Virus record (IMG/VR): IMGVR_UViG_3300020044_003577
Span: 1-60,120 of that record
Length of the DNA: 60,120 nt
Reading direction: 5' to 3' (one strand)
DNA from: a virus
Shown: positions 40,834-51,132 of the stretch, one piece after another
Layout: every line of letters begins with the position of its first letter
Numbering within the stretch: the first letter of the stretch is position 1
Made by a program: the position numbers and the translations under genes
Notes under the pieces: generated by a model
Told to the model about the DNA's origin: nothing
Seen by the model: the letters and a program-made list of their open reading frames with translations, nothing else
The model's database searches: none

Positions 40834-43494
40834 TTATTTTGTTTTAGGTTCAGTGTAGGCTTTCCATTTATTAGGATTTCCTGTGGTTGTTGATATAGCC
40901 CAATCTTGGAATGTACTATAACCTTTTTGAGTAAGATTAGATTTTTCCATTTTAGCTCTAACATCTGCTGGTATAGAATTAAATTGTCTTTTCAAAGCTT
41001 CATACGCAGTTTGGTCATCTATTACTTGATTCCTTGAAGCAGCATTATTTATAACTGTATCTAAAGCACCAGTGAATTCAGTCATAGATTGTGCAGATAA
41101 ACTTTTACCATTAGGCTTCCACAAATTTGAATCAGAAGGGCTACTAGTTTTGGCAATGTTACCACGAATAACTTGTCTAATAGCTTTGGGGTCTTGAACT
41201 CCAGATTCTACAAGTTGGGGAATAGATAAATTCATAACATCTGCTTTATTATCAATAGTTAATCCTCCAGGAATACTAGCAAGTATCCTATTAGAATTAT
41301 TAGCTATTGCTTTAGCATTAATTGGTTTTCCATCTTTATCCTTAGCACCCTCGGGTATTAAAGCTTCAACTTTTTTAGTAACAGTATCTTCTTCATATCG
41401 ATGAGCTTCAATAGTTTTAACAGCATTAAATGGAATTGTTCTACCATCCATAGTTTGATATTGACCTTTATGATATTGAACTGGCATAAGTTCACCATTT
41501 ACAATCATCATATCTGGTTTCTTAGGATACTTACCTTTACCACTACCTTCACCATCATCATCACCGCCACTACCACCTTTACGACCATATCCAGGAGGAT
41601 AATGTTGAACGTTAGCTGCTAAATATGTAGTAGCATTACGCATATTATTTAACCAATCTTGAGGTGTTTTAGCTTCTGCAAACGCCATACTTAAACCTTT
41701 TGATCTTACTGCAGGAGGAACATCCATAGCTAAATATTGTTGTAGCTTATCGTTAAGGTGTTGTTGCTCTGCTCTGGCATCTTTAGATTGAGTATGATTC
41801 CATCTATTATCTTCTTTTAATATTTCAAATCTTCTATCAGCTTCTCTAGCAGCTTGGATAGCCTCTTCTTTTCTTTCTTGTAAAGATAATCTTTTCTCAG
41901 TAAGCTTTCTATCAGCTTCTGCTTTCTTATCAGCTTTAGCTTGTCCAGCTAATGTAATAGCAGTACGCATATCTTCACGTTCAGCTTGAGCAGCTAATTG
42001 CTTATCTTGACGCTTGTTAGCTTCTTCTTGAGCCTGTCTACGTAAAGAAGTTTCAAATGCTTGTCTACCACCATAAGATAATGCACGAGCAGTGCTATAA
42101 CCCAAAGCACGACCACCTACAGTAGCTACAGCTAATCGAGCAACTTCCTGATCATTTAAACCTAAGACACTCTTAATACCTTTGTACGTAAATAAATCCT
42201 TAAGCGAATTAATAGCAGATTCATCGTCTTTATTAGCCATAGCTTTATCAACATCTTTTTGAGAACCTCTTAAATGCTTAATCCAATATTCAGGTCTGGT
42301 ATCATCATCTTCTGGCTTTAATGAAGGAACAATTTTACCCTCATTAACATCTATTACTGCTTGCATCTCAGCATCTGATGCTTGTTTAGCATTTGGATCA
42401 GGGATAAATGCAACTGGTTCTACAGGCATATCAATAGTGCTATTGTTACCACCAACAGACTTAGCTACAATAGGAGAAGGTACAGGAAAACGATCTTTAC
42501 CTTCAACAACTACTTTAGGTTTAGCAGCAAGCATTGGTAAAGGTTCAATTACTTCCATACCTACATTTTTAAAAGGTCTTTCTTTAATATCAAACTCTGA
42601 GCTAACACTACCATTAATCATTGCTTGTACATCTTTTAGCTTTATGTCTGCAGTTACATCTGGATAAGCAGAACGAGGAACCGCATTTTCTATTTTTTCT
42701 TCTGTTGTAGGAATCTTAATTAGATTTTCAGGGATTACATTTTGATAATGTACTACTGGGCTAGCAACTACTGTTGGTTCAAGTATAGGCCTAGGCTCAG
42801 GTACATCTTCAACACCATCTTCATAATGATAACTAGCTGAACTACCTCTATTAAAGTCATATACTCTTTCAGTACCGTCTTCAAAAGAAGATCCAGGTAC
42901 ATCAGAATGCTCATATGCTAATGATGGTACAGGTACTTGAATAGTACCTTCATTATATCCAGCAGCTTGTTGTACTCTACTAGGAATAACATCTGAGTTA
43001 GCAATGTTAATAGAACCATCACGAAATCCTAAAAATCCCTTTTTAGTTTTGTTAGCTTTTCTACCCTCTTGAACCATACGTTTAATAATAGGTTTATTCT
43101 TAGGGTTTTGAGCAGCAGGCTCAGGGATAACAGCCTCACCAGGAGTTAACATAGCGGGTACTGTATCTGTATTTTGTTTAGCAGTTTTCCTAGCTTTAGC
43201 AGCATCTTCTACTTGGTATGGTAACATATGTTGACCACGCTTAAAAATTTCAGCGCCTGCTAGCGGGTTAGGTGTCTTAGGTTTTAATGGAGCACCTAAT
43301 GTACCCATCTTATATTTGTGAACTTCTTCTTTATGACCTAATGTTTGTCCAGCTTTACCAGCAGCTTCTACAAGTTTAATTTCATGTAGTTGTTGTTTAC
43401 GGGCTTCTTCCCGTTCCATCTTAGCTGTTTCTCTGGCTTCTTGTGCAGAAAACTTTAAGTACTCTCTGTGTTGTTTAGCAGATAGTGGTCCCAT
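40834..43494 (-). CDS. large internal virion protein (886 aa), coiled-coil rich
   Basis: Size, charged coiled-coil stretches and its position before the 1439-aa gene. No enzymatic motif seen. Confidence 0.55.
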   Translation of the reverse strand: MGPLSAKQHREYLKFSAQEARETAKMEREEARKQQLHEIKLVEAAGKAGQTLGHKEEVHKYKMGTLGAPLKPKTPNPLAGAEIFKRGQHMLPYQVEDAAKARKTAKQNTDTVPAMLTPGEAVIPEPAAQNPKNKPIIKRMVQEGRKANKTKKGFLGFRDGSINIANSDVIPSRVQQAAGYNEGTIQVPVPSLAYEHSDVPGSSFEDGTERVYDFNRGSSASYHYEDGVEDVPEPRPILEPTVVASPVVHYQNVIPENLIKIPTTEEKIENAVPRSAYPDVTADIKLKDVQAMINGSVSSEFDIKERPFKNVGMEVIEPLPMLAAKPKVVVEGKDRFPVPSPIVAKSVGGNNSTIDMPVEPVAFIPDPNAKQASDAEMQAVIDVNEGKIVPSLKPEDDDTRPEYWIKHLRGSQKDVDKAMANKDDESAINSLKDLFTYKGIKSVLGLNDQEVARLAVATVGGRALGYSTARALSYGGRQAFETSLRRQAQEEANKRQDKQLAAQAEREDMRTAITLAGQAKADKKAEADRKLTEKRLSLQERKEEAIQAAREADRRFEILKEDNRWNHTQSKDARAEQQHLNDKLQQYLAMDVPPAVRSKGLSMAFAEAKTPQDWLNNMRNATTYLAANVQHYPPGYGRKGGSGGDDDGEGSGKGKYPKKPDMMIVNGELMPVQYHKGQYQTMDGRTIPFNAVKTIEAHRYEEDTVTKKVEALIPEGAKDKDGKPINAKAIANNSNRILASIPGGLTIDNKADVMNLSIPQLVESGVQDPKAIRQVIRGNIAKTSSPSDSNLWKPNGKSLSAQSMTEFTGALDTVINNAASRNQVIDDQTAYEALKRQFNSIPADVRAKMEKSNLTQKGYSTFQDWAISTTTGNPNKWKAYTEPKTK

Positions 43495-43495
43495 T

Positions 43496-43987
43496 TTAAA
43501 TCCATTTCATTGACTTGGCTAACATTAATGCGCCTATACCCCAACCAACTGGGTTACTAGCTAATGTAGTAGCTAACCCTGCTTCGGTACCTGCTGCAGC
43601 AAGAGGAGCAGCAGAAGCTTCTACAGCCATAGGAGCAATAGTTTGAGAACCTACTCCTGCTAAACCACTAGCAGATGTAGCAACTGTAGGATAAGAAGCT
43701 AATACACTTTGCTCTACTACAGGTGCAGGAGTAGCTAATGGTGGTTGCATTTTTTTAGATAAATAGTTACCACCTGAGTGTATTCCCTTATCAATACCTA
43801 TACCACGAAGTTGTTGCATATCTCTTTGATTCTGCAATTCTTCTGGAGTAGGTTGTAGAGGAATAACTTGAGTAGGGTTACCTTGCTCATTACTAGCAAT
43901 TATAGGTGTAATTGTATTTGATAATGGTGCGACTATCTGTGTTTGTTGTTGTTCTTTTTCAGTCCAGTTCCATGGGTCATTAATCAT
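43496..43987 (-). CDS. internal virion protein candidate (163 aa)
   Basis: Ala/Gly/Thr-rich C-terminal hydrophobic region ending NPVGWGIGALMLAKSMKWI. ATGA coupling. Confidence 0.5.
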   Translation of the reverse strand: MINDPWNWTEKEQQQTQIVAPLSNTITPIIASNEQGNPTQVIPLQPTPEELQNQRDMQQLRGIGIDKGIHSGGNYLSKKMQPPLATPAPVVEQSVLASYPTVATSASGLAGVGSQTIAPMAVEASAAPLAAAGTEAGLATTLASNPVGWGIGALMLAKSMKWI

Positions 43988-44634
43988 TTTCCACCTCCAC
44001 CACCAAGATTATTTTGAACTACTTGAGTAGATTGTCTTGCAGGATTGCCAAATACAGTAGAAGCATAACGTTGTAAGCCTTGCCATGCTGCATCTAAACC
44101 TTGTTGTTCAACACCTCTTTGTTGGCTACCACTTGACTCTAATGTCTTAACTAAATTACTTGCATCAGCAGACATACCAGAAGCATTATCAACAAGAGCT
44201 TTTTCTGCAGCAGATTTATTTGTAATTACTTGTTGAGCAAATTTAGCTTTAGCAGCATCTTCAGAGGTAGCACTAGCTAAGTTTTGTCTATATGACCCTA
44301 ATGTGCCTGATGCACCATATTGATTACCAATAGTAGCATTACCCATACCAATATCTAAAGCTAGAGCATCTTGAAGCTCACTGGCTCCACCTGTCTTAGC
44401 CATCTCTTGTAGTCTGGCACGTTGTTCTTCTAATGTTTCTTTATTACCTGTAACAGTACTTTCAAGACCAGATATGCCTGATCCCCAAGCTTTCTTTTGC
44501 AGATCGCTTACACCTGCTACTTTGCTTAATGCGCCACTATTATAAACACTTTCTGCAGTATCTATTGTCTTTTTTATATACGGTTTAAATTCGTCTGGAA
44601 TATTCCCTGTTGTAACTGTATCATAATTTGCCAT
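43984..44634 (-). CDS. hypothetical virion-module protein (216 aa)
   Basis: Clean ORF in the compact late operon. Confidence 0.6.
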   Translation of the reverse strand: MANYDTVTTGNIPDEFKPYIKKTIDTAESVYNSGALSKVAGVSDLQKKAWGSGISGLESTVTGNKETLEEQRARLQEMAKTGGASELQDALALDIGMGNATIGNQYGASGTLGSYRQNLASATSEDAAKAKFAQQVITNKSAAEKALVDNASGMSADASNLVKTLESSGSQQRGVEQQGLDAAWQGLQRYASTVFGNPARQSTQVVQNNLGGGGGK

Positions 44635-44644
44635 TATATGTTCC

Positions 44645-45061
44645 TTATAAATCTTTTTTCATAACTACGTATGCTTGTTTAAAACCAGGAACATACTTGG
44701 GTAATTCTTTTGCCCATCCTGGTCTTCCCCATTGTTCAATAGCTTTACATCCTATTTGTCGTGCAAACTCTTCCACAGTGGGAAATACTTTAGATTGCTC
44801 TTCAAGATTATTGCCTGAAAAAGCTATAATATGAAGTGTTTTATATTGCGTATACTGAATTATTTTTGTTAAACCAGCACCAACAATATTATGTTTATCG
44901 TCACCTATTACCCAACAATGTGTATTATTGTTAAGTATATTACGCATATGGTCAGTCAAAGTGGTTTCACCTTGACCTTTGTCTAATGCCTTTTCTAATA
45001 GACTGGAAATAGTAAACCAGTGTTTTAGAACTAGTTCTGGTGGTAACATTACTATTTCCAT
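44645..45061 (-). CDS. hypothetical protein (138 aa), weak GNAT-like impression
   Basis: The pattern ..HIIAFSGNNLEE....VEEFARQIGCKAIEQWGRPGW.. is reminiscent of acetyltransferase-fold proteins. No clear CoA-binding motif. Confidence 0.55.
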   Translation of the reverse strand: MEIVMLPPELVLKHWFTISSLLEKALDKGQGETTLTDHMRNILNNNTHCWVIGDDKHNIVGAGLTKIIQYTQYKTLHIIAFSGNNLEEQSKVFPTVEEFARQIGCKAIEQWGRPGWAKELPKYVPGFKQAYVVMKKDL

Positions 45062-45069
45062 ATTTGTCC

Positions 45070-46188
45070 TTATTTAAAAAACTTACCTACCATCCAACAT
45101 ACTACTGAGTATCTTGTTCCTTCTTCTACATCTTCTACCCCATGCATGATAAAGCTTGGGAATACTAAAACTGTACCTTTAGATTGTGGAGGATAAAATC
45201 TTTCATAACCATTTTGTAAATAAAATTTTCCACCTTTAAAATCGTCATTAAGGAAAGCTAACACAGTAAGCTTACGGCAATTATCCCCATGAGCTAAAAA
45301 AGTATCTACATGAGACTTATAACGACCGCCAGCAGGATAAATTAAAAATTCAGCTTGATTAGCATGTGTAATATCAAATTTCCATGCTTCATGGTTTGCT
45401 AATAATCCTGCTGCAGCCAATCGACCACCAATATCTTTATAAGTAGGTAGCATAACTCTTTTTACATTACGAATAGAAGTATCAACAACACCATTACCTC
45501 TACCAATAACGGGTAATTCTTTAGGTACTTCATCTTTTGTATACAATTTAATTAAAGAATCGCAGGCTTCTTTAGTAAGAATGTCTGTGTAAACAAAATG
45601 TTGAAGCTCTTGGTTTGCTTGACTGGGCAAATTTAAACTTTGACGTTTGTCAAATTTCCATTCTGCATGTGGACCATCAGCATCTACATAATGCAAAAAC
45701 ACTTGTGCTTGCCAATTACCTTTAAATTTTTTACGCCAATGATGTTTCTCCATACCACGATAAAGAACAACATCACCTACGCCCATAATAATTTTAGAAG
45801 CGTTTTTTTCGTTTTCATCGCCCATGTATATAGGCCATGCTTCACCATCAAAACCTAAAGTAATAGTTGCACTAATTTCGCAAGACTCTCTATCAGTATG
45901 GATCTTTAACTTTTCTCCAGTTTTGTATAATCGAGCATAACTGTAAGTAGGGTAAAGTTGTTTACCTAATACTTTTTCAAAGTGCGGCAAAAGGTCAACT
46001 AACAATTTATCAAACGCCATAGCACCATGAATTGCTTCTGATGTTGGACATTGATCATCTTTGTGAGTTGCTTTTCCGTCAACTAACCGTTTTAACTCGG
46101 CAGTAAATTCATTACAATTATTGATATCTAAAAAGTTTTTCAAATGCACATACTTCTCTTGTGCAAACTGAATTAAGGGTGTATTCAT
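45070..46188 (-). CDS. tandem 2OG-Fe(II) oxygenase domains (C-terminal one prolyl-4-hydroxylase-like)
   Basis: N-terminal domain: KIHTDRE ... GMEKHHW. C-terminal domain: YKSHVDTF...RKLTVLAFLNDDFKGGKFYL...VLVFPSFIMHGVEDV..GTRYSVVCW (HxD...H...R). Confidence 0.75.
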   Translation of the reverse strand: MNTPLIQFAQEKYVHLKNFLDINNCNEFTAELKRLVDGKATHKDDQCPTSEAIHGAMAFDKLLVDLLPHFEKVLGKQLYPTYSYARLYKTGEKLKIHTDRESCEISATITLGFDGEAWPIYMGDENEKNASKIIMGVGDVVLYRGMEKHHWRKKFKGNWQAQVFLHYVDADGPHAEWKFDKRQSLNLPSQANQELQHFVYTDILTKEACDSLIKLYTKDEVPKELPVIGRGNGVVDTSIRNVKRVMLPTYKDIGGRLAAAGLLANHEAWKFDITHANQAEFLIYPAGGRYKSHVDTFLAHGDNCRKLTVLAFLNDDFKGGKFYLQNGYERFYPPQSKGTVLVFPSFIMHGVEDVEEGTRYSVVCWMVGKFFK

Positions 46189-46217
46189 AAATCTCCGATT
46201 TATTTGATTGTATTTGT

Positions 46218-46403
46218 CTATTCGTTTATTGTTATAGGTTTTATTGTTTCATCAGATGGGTCATACCAAAATTGATCTGCAACAATATTATCTGCACATT
46301 CAACCCAAAATAATGGTAATGCAACTTCAAATTCTTGTGCTTCAACTTGGGCTACACGATAGCCAGTTTCTTTTGTTTCGTTAGGCGAAATAAGTGCTCT
46401 CAT
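46218..46403 (-). CDS. hypothetical protein (61 aa)
   Basis: ATGA-type coupling to the upstream Gly-rich gene. Confidence 0.55.
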   Translation of the reverse strand: MRALISPNETKETGYRVAQVEAQEFEVALPLFWVECADNIVADQFWYDPSDETIKPITINE

Positions 46404-47071
46404 TAATAAAACTCCTCAACAAGTACAAATCCTGCTTTTCCCGCACCACCAGCGTAAGGCGTTGCTGTAGGGTCAGGGCCACTAACTCCACCACCGCCTG
46501 ATCCATAGCCTGTTCCAGTAGAACCAGTTCCACCACCAGATCCACCAAAACCCCAGTTTTGGAAAGCGTCACCTCCCGCTGGGTTGGTTGTTGATTCTCC
46601 TTGAAAACCAACACCTTGTGGAGTTGATGTAAATGTGCCACTCGCACCACCTGCTGGCCCACCACCAGCTCCTCCAGTTGCACTTATTAAAGCACCAAAG
46701 CTTGATGTGCCGCCTGGTGATCCTGCTGTACGGCTAGCTACAGTTCCTGGAGCAGGCCCACCTGCACCACCAGCACCAACGGTTATTGTTAAAGGGCTTG
46801 GTATTGTTGGCGCTTGAGCACCTCCAAAACCACCTGCACCACCACCACCACCTACAGAACCAGGGAATGAAGCTGGACCTCCTCTATAGCCACCCCCTCC
46901 ACCTCCACCACCTAAAAGAGTTACTCTTACAGCTTTTAAATCTGCTGGTTTTGTCCAAGGTGCAGGTGATGTGTAAAGTGTTGTAACTACGTTGCCAGGA
47001 CTTGCTTTTGAAGCTTGCGTAGTTCCATCAGGAAAAGTTACACCACCTGAACCAATACTTGTTGTTGCCAT
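46403..47071 (-). CDS. glycine-rich fibre-like protein (222 aa)
   Basis: Runs such as LLGGGGGGGGYRGGPASFPGSVGGGGGAGGFGG and GGPAPGTVASRTAGSPGGTS. The low complexity explains the shadow ORFs in other frames. Confidence 0.65.
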   Translation of the reverse strand: MATTSIGSGGVTFPDGTTQASKASPGNVVTTLYTSPAPWTKPADLKAVRVTLLGGGGGGGGYRGGPASFPGSVGGGGGAGGFGGAQAPTIPSPLTITVGAGGAGGPAPGTVASRTAGSPGGTSSFGALISATGGAGGGPAGGASGTFTSTPQGVGFQGESTTNPAGGDAFQNWGFGGSGGGTGSTGTGYGSGGGGVSGPDPTATPYAGGAGKAGFVLVEEFY

Positions 47072-47086
47072 ATTATTTCTCCTTAA

Positions 47087-47431
47087 TTACCCAGCACTAA
47101 TAGTACCAGTAGATGATATTGTTACAATAGTTGTTGTACCATATTTAATTAAAAGGTTACCACCTGATTCAACTATTGAAAAATTTGTTGTTATTAAACT
47201 TGGTGCTGAACCCGTAATATTAATTCCCCATGTACCTGATGCACCAGTACCCGTAGGGCTAGGTATATTAGTACCTATTACTAAACCTAAACCTGTTTGT
47301 GCAGTTCCTTGAGTTGTACCACCAGTACCACCTTTAGATACAGGCACAAAAGTATTCAATACAGTAGGAGGTATTTGACCTGAAGTATCAACTGAATTAG
47401 CAAAGTTTGCTAAATTAACTGCTTGTGTCAT
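47087..47431 (-). CDS. tail-fibre-like protein (114 aa)
   Basis: LANFANSVDTSGQIP..VSKGGTGGTTQGTAQTGLGL is a motif typical of fibre N-termini. Confidence 0.6.
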   Translation of the reverse strand: MTQAVNLANFANSVDTSGQIPPTVLNTFVPVSKGGTGGTTQGTAQTGLGLVIGTNIPSPTGTGASGTWGINITGSAPSLITTNFSIVESGGNLLIKYGTTTIVTISSTGTISAG

Positions 47432-49571
47432 TTGTTTGACCTTTCACTTGTAAACGTAGTTCATCTATCTGATCTTGCATAACTTTAAACATATCTGCTA
47501 TTGTTGGTTTTTTATCTATTACAACTGGCATATCCATACCTAATACACCTGCAGCACTTACAGAAGATGCTGATGCTTCACCATATTTATTAAATGAGCA
47601 ATATTGATAAGGTTGTCCTGCAATATTTAGTGTACCTATTTCAGTTAAATTGTATGATGTTGATAATGACCCAGGAATTGAATAATCTGAGGTAGGTCTC
47701 AACAATACTCCATTAAGAAACATTAAATGAGAATTTCTATAATAAGGGGTTGGAAACACTACATTATCAGAAGATATAACTGTTTCAGTAATATTTTCAC
47801 CAAATATAAGAACATTAGAAGTATTAAAAGAAAAAGAAACTATATTACAGTTACCACCTTTAGATGCTGTTTTTAATGTATATCCTTGTGCTGTTCCAAA
47901 ATAATCATAATCATTATCAACAATTAAAGTGCCATTTATAAATAGTAATTCAGAACCATTAGCAGAAGTTGATGATATGTAAGTTTGTCCATTTGTTAAT
48001 GTAGAACTAGTTACTATAAAAGGAACTTTATCAGCAGAAGTAGCACCATCAATTAAACGAATATAATATATTGCTATTTTATCGCCTACCACACAAGCGT
48101 TTGTAAATGTTACTGTAGTAGAAGTCCTTGTATAGTCTGTTCCTGGTTTAAGAAATGCACCATTTCTAAATACTAATATTTGATTTGGCTGCGCATTAGA
48201 AAAACTAAATGCTGTTTGTCCTGATGTCGCAGTAGTCAGCATTGAGCTAAATAGCACTTGATCAGAAGCACCTGTTCGATAAACTCTACCAAATTGATCT
48301 ACACCAATAGTTGCTGTTGTGGTAATATCAATATCAAATCCACTAGTATCTGCTCCTTGCCCATATGGTGATAAATTAACATTAGTAATACCGCCAGTAT
48401 TAGTATAGTATGAAATGTTACCATCAGTAGGACTTGTAATACCCGTAACAACAGAACCTGTTCTTTGATACATATCAATGTAATCAATTAAATCAGATTG
48501 CTCACATATATTTTGCCAACCAGAGCTGTCTGGAGCATTTTGGGTTAAACTAAATTGAACTACATTAGATGAATTAGTTCTTACCCATAAATTAACCTCA
48601 GTTAAAAATGTCCCATTAGCTGAAAACCATGTATAGTCAGCAGGATTATTATCTACTGTTAATACGTCAGATGCTTGTAAACCATAATAAGTTTTACCTG
48701 AAGGATTATTACTAATACTTGTTCCTGTAATACTAGTGGCATATTGTACTAATAAATATCTGTAAGGTGACTCAATAATAAGAGGTTCTTCAGATATAAT
48801 ACCAATAGTATCTACTGTACCTAAGGTCGATACATCTAAATTAAGTACATCACCCTTGTACTCAAGATAGCCTAGTGGTCTTGTTTGTGCAGGTAACAGA
48901 TCAATATTACGCCCACCATAAGACCTATAATATAGTTCGTAGGTAGTTCCAAAAGTAAAAGGGGACCATTCAAACAATATTGGATCTATTGAAGTAGAAC
49001 CATCAGTACTTGTGTATATACCATAGTAAGTTTTATTTGTGGGTGTTGTAGATAAACCTGTACCTATAGAATCATTTGCATATCTAATAATCAAATATTG
49101 ATTAAATACTGCAGATGGGTTATCTAAATCAATAGATCTTTGAGGTACAATTCTCCATTGTCTACTATCGTCAGGAGCCTCTGTAGATACTGCAAATGTT
49201 GCAAATCGTCCACCAGTAGTGGCTACCCATAATACTCTGCTAATACCAAACCCACCATCAGCTACTTCAAACCATGTGTATGCTGCTGGGTTAACACTTT
49301 CAACAACAGTATCATCATTCCTTACACCAAACCATGTTCTTAAATAAGGATTATCAGATATGTTTGTACCTATTGCATCATCGGCATACTTAACATCAAG
49401 GTATCTATATAAGTAACCAACAAGATTTCCTGAATTATCTGCTACTGAACCAGTATTAGTATTAGTTGATACTACTGAATTTGATGTACCAGAGTTATTT
49501 TGGTAATCTAGAAATACCTGAGTTAAAAAGGAATTTAGATCTGTGTTATCCGTGATAGGTGGATTAAGCAT
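47415..49571 (-). CDS. tail/host-specificity protein (718 aa) with three internal ~95-aa repeats
   Basis: YLDVKYADDAIGTNISDNPYLRTWFGV..NPAAYTWFEV / YLIIRYANDSIGTGLSTTPTNKTYYGI..DPILFEWSPF / YLLVQYATSITGTSISNNPSGKTYYGL..NPADYTWFSA. Confidence 0.6.
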   Translation of the reverse strand: MLNPPITDNTDLNSFLTQVFLDYQNNSGTSNSVVSTNTNTGSVADNSGNLVGYLYRYLDVKYADDAIGTNISDNPYLRTWFGVRNDDTVVESVNPAAYTWFEVADGGFGISRVLWVATTGGRFATFAVSTEAPDDSRQWRIVPQRSIDLDNPSAVFNQYLIIRYANDSIGTGLSTTPTNKTYYGIYTSTDGSTSIDPILFEWSPFTFGTTYELYYRSYGGRNIDLLPAQTRPLGYLEYKGDVLNLDVSTLGTVDTIGIISEEPLIIESPYRYLLVQYATSITGTSISNNPSGKTYYGLQASDVLTVDNNPADYTWFSANGTFLTEVNLWVRTNSSNVVQFSLTQNAPDSSGWQNICEQSDLIDYIDMYQRTGSVVTGITSPTDGNISYYTNTGGITNVNLSPYGQGADTSGFDIDITTTATIGVDQFGRVYRTGASDQVLFSSMLTTATSGQTAFSFSNAQPNQILVFRNGAFLKPGTDYTRTSTTVTFTNACVVGDKIAIYYIRLIDGATSADKVPFIVTSSTLTNGQTYISSTSANGSELLFINGTLIVDNDYDYFGTAQGYTLKTASKGGNCNIVSFSFNTSNVLIFGENITETVISSDNVVFPTPYYRNSHLMFLNGVLLRPTSDYSIPGSLSTSYNLTEIGTLNIAGQPYQYCSFNKYGEASASSVSAAGVLGMDMPVVIDKKPTIADMFKVMQDQIDELRLQVKGQTNDTSS

Positions 49572-49572
49572 T

Positions 49573-51114
49573 TTATCTCCTATCTATTTGTTTAGAGTCA
49601 AGTGCCATAGTAGCTAGTCGCCAATAGCCTGTAGTTGTTATTCTGTAATTCATTACACGACCATATACTCTTGGGTCAACTTTATAGCCTTGAGATTTTT
49701 CGTTATTAGGTAAAAATGTAAATGTGTCTTTTAAATCAGGATCATCTGTAGATAAATCTACATTATCTACATAATTGTTTTGTCCTACTACTCTAACTGT
49801 AATACTTGCATCACTTGGTACTTGGTCAAATATAGGATACACAGCACTAATCATTGTGCTACCCGTTACATCACCTGTGTTTAATTTTTTCTTTTCTATA
49901 TACGATGTATATGATGCTAATGCTGAACCATTCCACATTAAATAATTACTATCTGTTACTAATGTTTGAGTTGAATTAGTACACATATACAATACCTCAG
50001 TACCATATTGAAACGCATTGGATACGTTAGCAGGACCAGGAAATGAATAAGTTAAAGAAGGTAATGTTCTTTTAGACCATGTATTATTTTTGTAGTTAAA
50101 CACTAAAGCTTCATTACATACTGTAGAAGAACCTTTAGGATAGTTAATCCAGATTTCTTTATAATAAGAGTTTTTAACTACATGAACCTTGTTAATATAA
50201 CTTTTATTTAAATTACTAAAAAAATATTTTTTAATTCTAAAGTCAGCAATAGACTCAATAGCTCCCGAACCATTATGTGTGTATATATCATTACGATCAA
50301 CAACAAAATGTTTACCATCAACTTCAATAACACAATCAGTATTTAAGATACCATATGATTTGCTGTAAGGAGAAACTCTAGTATTAGCTCCAATAGAAAG
50401 TATGTTAATACAATCAGAAGAATAGATATACATGTTTCCTCTTAACTCACACATATCTAAAATAGGTGAAGTAGAACTTATTTCAAATTCATCTGCTGTG
50501 TCTGTTGTATATCCTGGTTGCCATACTGAAGGTACTGCTCCTGTAGCTGCCTGAACAGAAATTCTAATAGTGCTAGGTGCATAGGTTAAAATACCGCTTT
50601 GACTTAAAGTTAAATTAGCTGCAACTAAAGAGTATCCTAGTGATCTAATTACTTTAGCTGTTACTGTTAATCCTGATACATAATTCCATCCTGGTAAAGG
50701 TTGAAAAGTATTGTCTGCTGTAAGGCTACCATATAAACAATATAATGGAGTAGTAGTGCCATTATTTAAAATAACAGCATATCCACCATTAAATAAAGTA
50801 CCTTGCCAATCACTATTTGTATATGATCCAGACCCACTAGAAAACATAGATGAAGTATTTCCAGCAGAATCTACTCTAACTATGTTTCCATTTTTAGCAA
50901 AAATATTGTAGCCTGTATCTGGTCTTCTCCAATGAATTCCATAATCAGGTGAAATAGCAACAGTTCTGGAAGTGGTTTCCCCAGTAGTTGCTTGTACAGA
51001 CTCGTCATCAAATCTTATATTTAATACGTCTGTAAAAGTATTCATTGGCAGGATCATAGGAGGCATATCTGCATTCCACCCACCCCTACCAAATTGTTCT
51101 ATAGGTGTAGCCAT
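49573..51114 (-). CDS. tail structural protein (513 aa; tubular/nozzle candidate)
   Basis: First gene after promoter copy P7, with an AAGGAAG RBS. The call rests on position next to the other tail genes only. Confidence 0.5.
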   Translation of the reverse strand: MATPIEQFGRGGWNADMPPMILPMNTFTDVLNIRFDDESVQATTGETTSRTVAISPDYGIHWRRPDTGYNIFAKNGNIVRVDSAGNTSSMFSSGSGSYTNSDWQGTLFNGGYAVILNNGTTTPLYCLYGSLTADNTFQPLPGWNYVSGLTVTAKVIRSLGYSLVAANLTLSQSGILTYAPSTIRISVQAATGAVPSVWQPGYTTDTADEFEISSTSPILDMCELRGNMYIYSSDCINILSIGANTRVSPYSKSYGILNTDCVIEVDGKHFVVDRNDIYTHNGSGAIESIADFRIKKYFFSNLNKSYINKVHVVKNSYYKEIWINYPKGSSTVCNEALVFNYKNNTWSKRTLPSLTYSFPGPANVSNAFQYGTEVLYMCTNSTQTLVTDSNYLMWNGSALASYTSYIEKKKLNTGDVTGSTMISAVYPIFDQVPSDASITVRVVGQNNYVDNVDLSTDDPDLKDTFTFLPNNEKSQGYKVDPRVYGRVMNYRITTTGYWRLATMALDSKQIDRR

Positions 51115-51132
51115 TAGGTTCTTCCTTTGTTT

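Noticed and set aside
46381-47312. ORFs 46381..46683, 46635..46817, 46786..46986 and 46992..47312
   Set aside because: Alternative frames or the antisense strand of the glycine-rich and fibre-like genes. They are low complexity with no independent signals.
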